Positions 8,918-10,592 of a DNA stretch of 10,592 nucleotides are shown here, one piece after another. The notes under the pieces were generated by a model. The model saw nothing but the letters and a program-made list of their open reading frames with translations, had not been told where the DNA came from and ran no database searches. The position numbers were made by a program, and so were the translations under genes. The stretch's first letter is position 1. The number at the start of each line of letters is the position of its first letter. Location of the stretch: the NCBI GenBank assembly GCA_038845975.1, contig JAWBQF010000053.1, positions 1 to 10,592 of the forward strand, given 5' to 3'. Origin of the DNA: Candidatus Methanomethylicia archaeon. Lineage in GTDB: Archaea > Thermoproteota > Methanomethylicia > CALHIW01.

Positions 8918-9715
8918 TTATTTTGATTTTTTATTTTTGGCAATACCAAAGAGACCTGCACCTGGCAAATTCTTAAAAACCTTTTCTTCAAACATTCCTA
9001 GTTTCTCAAAAATATTAAACATTAGTTTTATAAGAAAAAGTCCGGTTCTAGTAATATTTTTTCTTTTTCTTAAAAATAGATCATAGCTTATTACGCCTAC
9101 TAATGTTATTAAGCTTAACGCGAAATGTGAAAAATACCATACAGCCAAAGTACTAAATTGATTTCTCTCTAATTTTTTAACAACCTCAAAAAGACTATAT
9201 CTTCTAAGATGGCTTGCACTAGGATCTATCGTATATCCTACCAGCTTCTTTACTAATGATTCTGCAGAAAAATTAACTGGATGCAATACATGAGGTACAT
9301 ATATAATAAGTATTCCATTATCCTTGCAAACACGATTAAGTTCCCTGAGAGCAGAATCATCGTCTAAAACGTGCTCTAAGACATCTTTTGCTACGGCATA
9401 TTTGAAGGAATTGTCCCTGAACGGTAAGATTTGAATATCTGCTCTTACAAAGTATGCACGTGATGATTTAGAGGCAATCTCAATGGCCTTTTCAGATAAA
9501 TCTACTCCAACTACTTCGGTAAGCTTTGATAATTTATTAGAGGTATGTCCTACTCCGCATCCAACTTCAAGTAATCGATCGTTACGAGTTCCTAAGTTTA
9601 ATAATATCCCATAGATTATTTCATCCTTAAGTGTGTCTCCAGGAAGGCGCAATTCATGAAGATATTTTGAATATTTTTCATTATATTCTTTAACAATGTT
9701 TTTATATTTTTCCAT
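8918..9715 (-). CDS. Class I SAM-dependent methyltransferase (Methyltransf_11-like), glycan-cluster associated
   Basis: Motif I LLEVGCGVG, motif II VVGVDLS, ADIQILPFRDNSF, DVLEHV, RVCKDNGILIIYVP and HLRRYS. Starts 1 nt after the GT2 stop. Confidence 0.92.
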   Translation of the reverse strand: MEKYKNIVKEYNEKYSKYLHELRLPGDTLKDEIIYGILLNLGTRNDRLLEVGCGVGHTSNKLSKLTEVVGVDLSEKAIEIASKSSRAYFVRADIQILPFRDNSFKYAVAKDVLEHVLDDDSALRELNRVCKDNGILIIYVPHVLHPVNFSAESLVKKLVGYTIDPSASHLRRYSLFEVVKKLERNQFSTLAVWYFSHFALSLITLVGVISYDLFLRKRKNITRTGLFLIKLMFNIFEKLGMFEEKVFKNLPGAGLFGIAKNKKSK

Positions 9716-9716
9716 A

Positions 9717-10427
9717 CTATTCTCTTCCTGGGAGCTTAATTAAATCTTCCAGCATCATTGCGAATATACGCATAAATATTATAAACCCATCTCTAATGCG
9801 AAGCTTTTTTAGTCCCACTCTAGGACGATACTCAATTGGCAACTCAATGATCTTTGTCTTCTTGTTGATATAGTAGTTCAACTCAACTTCTATATCAAAA
9901 CCTTTAGCCTTCGGTTTAAAATCTTTAAAGTAATGATATCTAATAACGCGAAATCCCGTAAGGGGGTCTCTCATTTTAACCTTGTTTAACAAGCGATGCA
10001 TAAGTTTAAGCAGACAATTGCCAAAGTGATGCAAATCTGTCGGAGGATGCTTAGAGAAATTATGATGCTTACTAAATCTGTCGCCAGTAACCATTCCTAT
10101 TTCCGTATTTTTCTCAAGAAGCTTAATCATTTTAGGAATATAGTAAGCGGGATATGTATAATCGCCATCAATTATAACCACGTATTTAGTTTTAGGATTT
10201 ATGTATCGTATGGATTGAGCTATTGCTCTGCCTTTTCCTCTATCCTCCTGTATCACTACTTGAGCATTTAGCCGAGCGGCAATCTGAGGAGTTCCATCGT
10301 TACTTTTTGCATCTATAACTAGTATGTGCGGATCTTCTAAGCATTCTCTAATTTCCTTTATTACTAGCATAATACCTTCTGCTTCATTTAACGTAGGTAT
10401 TATAATGGTAATTTCTTCATTATTCAT
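9717..10427 (-). CDS. Glycosyltransferase family 2, DPM1/AglJ-like (polyprenol/dolichol-phosphate hexosyltransferase)
   Basis: IIIPTLNEAEGI, VIDAKSNDGT, RGKGRA, DxD motif IIDGDYTYP, VTGDRF, DPLTGFR, GFDIEVE, ELPIEYRPRVG.KKL...DG. Confidence 0.92.
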   Translation of the reverse strand: MNNEEITIIIPTLNEAEGIMLVIKEIRECLEDPHILVIDAKSNDGTPQIAARLNAQVVIQEDRGKGRAIAQSIRYINPKTKYVVIIDGDYTYPAYYIPKMIKLLEKNTEIGMVTGDRFSKHHNFSKHPPTDLHHFGNCLLKLMHRLLNKVKMRDPLTGFRVIRYHYFKDFKPKAKGFDIEVELNYYINKKTKIIELPIEYRPRVGLKKLRIRDGFIIFMRIFAMMLEDLIKLPGRE

Positions 10428-10436
10428 TCCTAAATT

Positions 10437-10459
10437 CTTCCTTTATAAAAAAAAGGAAG
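10437..10459 (-). terminator. Oligo-T tract (cttcc-T8) embedded in an 8-bp inverted repeat after the partial upstream gene
   Basis: Minus strand reads tga aaaaccta CTTCCTTT tttttat AAAGGAAG aatttagga ATG: 8-bp stem, 7-nt loop, containing a run of 8 T. Confidence 0.45.
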
Positions 10460-10467
10460 TAGGTTTT

Positions 10468-10592
10468 TCATGGTGCTATTTCTATTAGCATGTAGGTTTC
10501 TCCTTTATCCGGCAAGTTGTTTCCATTTTGGTCTTGCCATTTGATTATGACTGCTTTGCCTTGTAGTAGTTCAGGGTATTGCTCATAGTTAC
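10468..10592 (-). CDS. 3' end of a second gene with the same S-layer-like C-terminus as the protease (partial; missed by the ORF track)
   Basis: 10590-10468 translates to NYEQYPELLQGKAVIIKWQDQNGNNLPDKGETYMLIEIAP*. This is identical to the protease C-terminus except the last residue (P vs S) and the stop (TGA vs TAA). Confidence 0.8.
   Translation of the reverse strand, partial: NYEQYPELLQGKAVIIKWQDQNGNNLPDKGETYMLIEIAP
10474..10592 (-). repeat. Right copy of the perfect inverted repeat, truncated by the window end
   Basis: Exact reverse complement of 3862-3980. Confidence 0.97.

Noticed and set aside
8899-8991. N-terminal extension of the GT4 given by the ORF track
   Set aside because: It overlaps the methyltransferase by 74 bp and precedes the first GT-B strand. 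A downstream TTG is more plausible.
6204-10271. Plus-strand ORFs 6204-6533, 7476-7736, 8003-8245 and 9996-10271
   Set aside because: Antisense to well-supported operon genes, with no motifs.
10474-10592. Treating 119 bp as the true repeat length, or the repeat as a pure assembly artefact
   Set aside because: The copy is cut by the window end, and 119 is a k-mer size used by some assemblers (e.g. MEGAHIT), so the length may only reflect a graph break at a longer repeat. A pure artefact is disfavoured, though not excluded, because the right copy continues in frame into its own last codon, stop and T tract.
3862-10592. Composite transposon or IS terminal inverted repeats
   Set aside because: The repeats are protein-coding gene tails, and no transposase, integrase or invertase ORF is visible.

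Overview
AT-rich window, probably archaeal. This is inferred from an S-layer-like domain, GGTGA/GGGGTG ribosome-binding sites, oligo-T terminators and an AglJ-like GT2. The + strand (1-3986) encodes a 5'-truncated, secreted multidomain S8 subtilase of about 1330 aa. Its last ~215 aa resemble an archaeal S-layer N+C module. Convergent on the - strand is a tightly packed five-gene surface-glycosylation operon: GT2, class I SAM methyltransferase, GT4, a polytopic GT-C-like membrane protein and a second GT4. The most notable feature is absent from the ORF track. The last 119 bases of the window (10474-10592) are a perfect reverse complement of the 3' end of the protease gene (3862-3980). They encode the same C-terminus, ending ...IEIAP* instead of ...IEIAS*. 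The 6.5-kb glycosylation cassette therefore sits between two tail-to-tail genes with identical 3' ends. This makes it a candidate invertible (phase-variable) cassette and/or evidence of a homogenised S-layer-anchor module. The repeat runs off the window, so its full length is unknown and an assembly explanation cannot be excluded.
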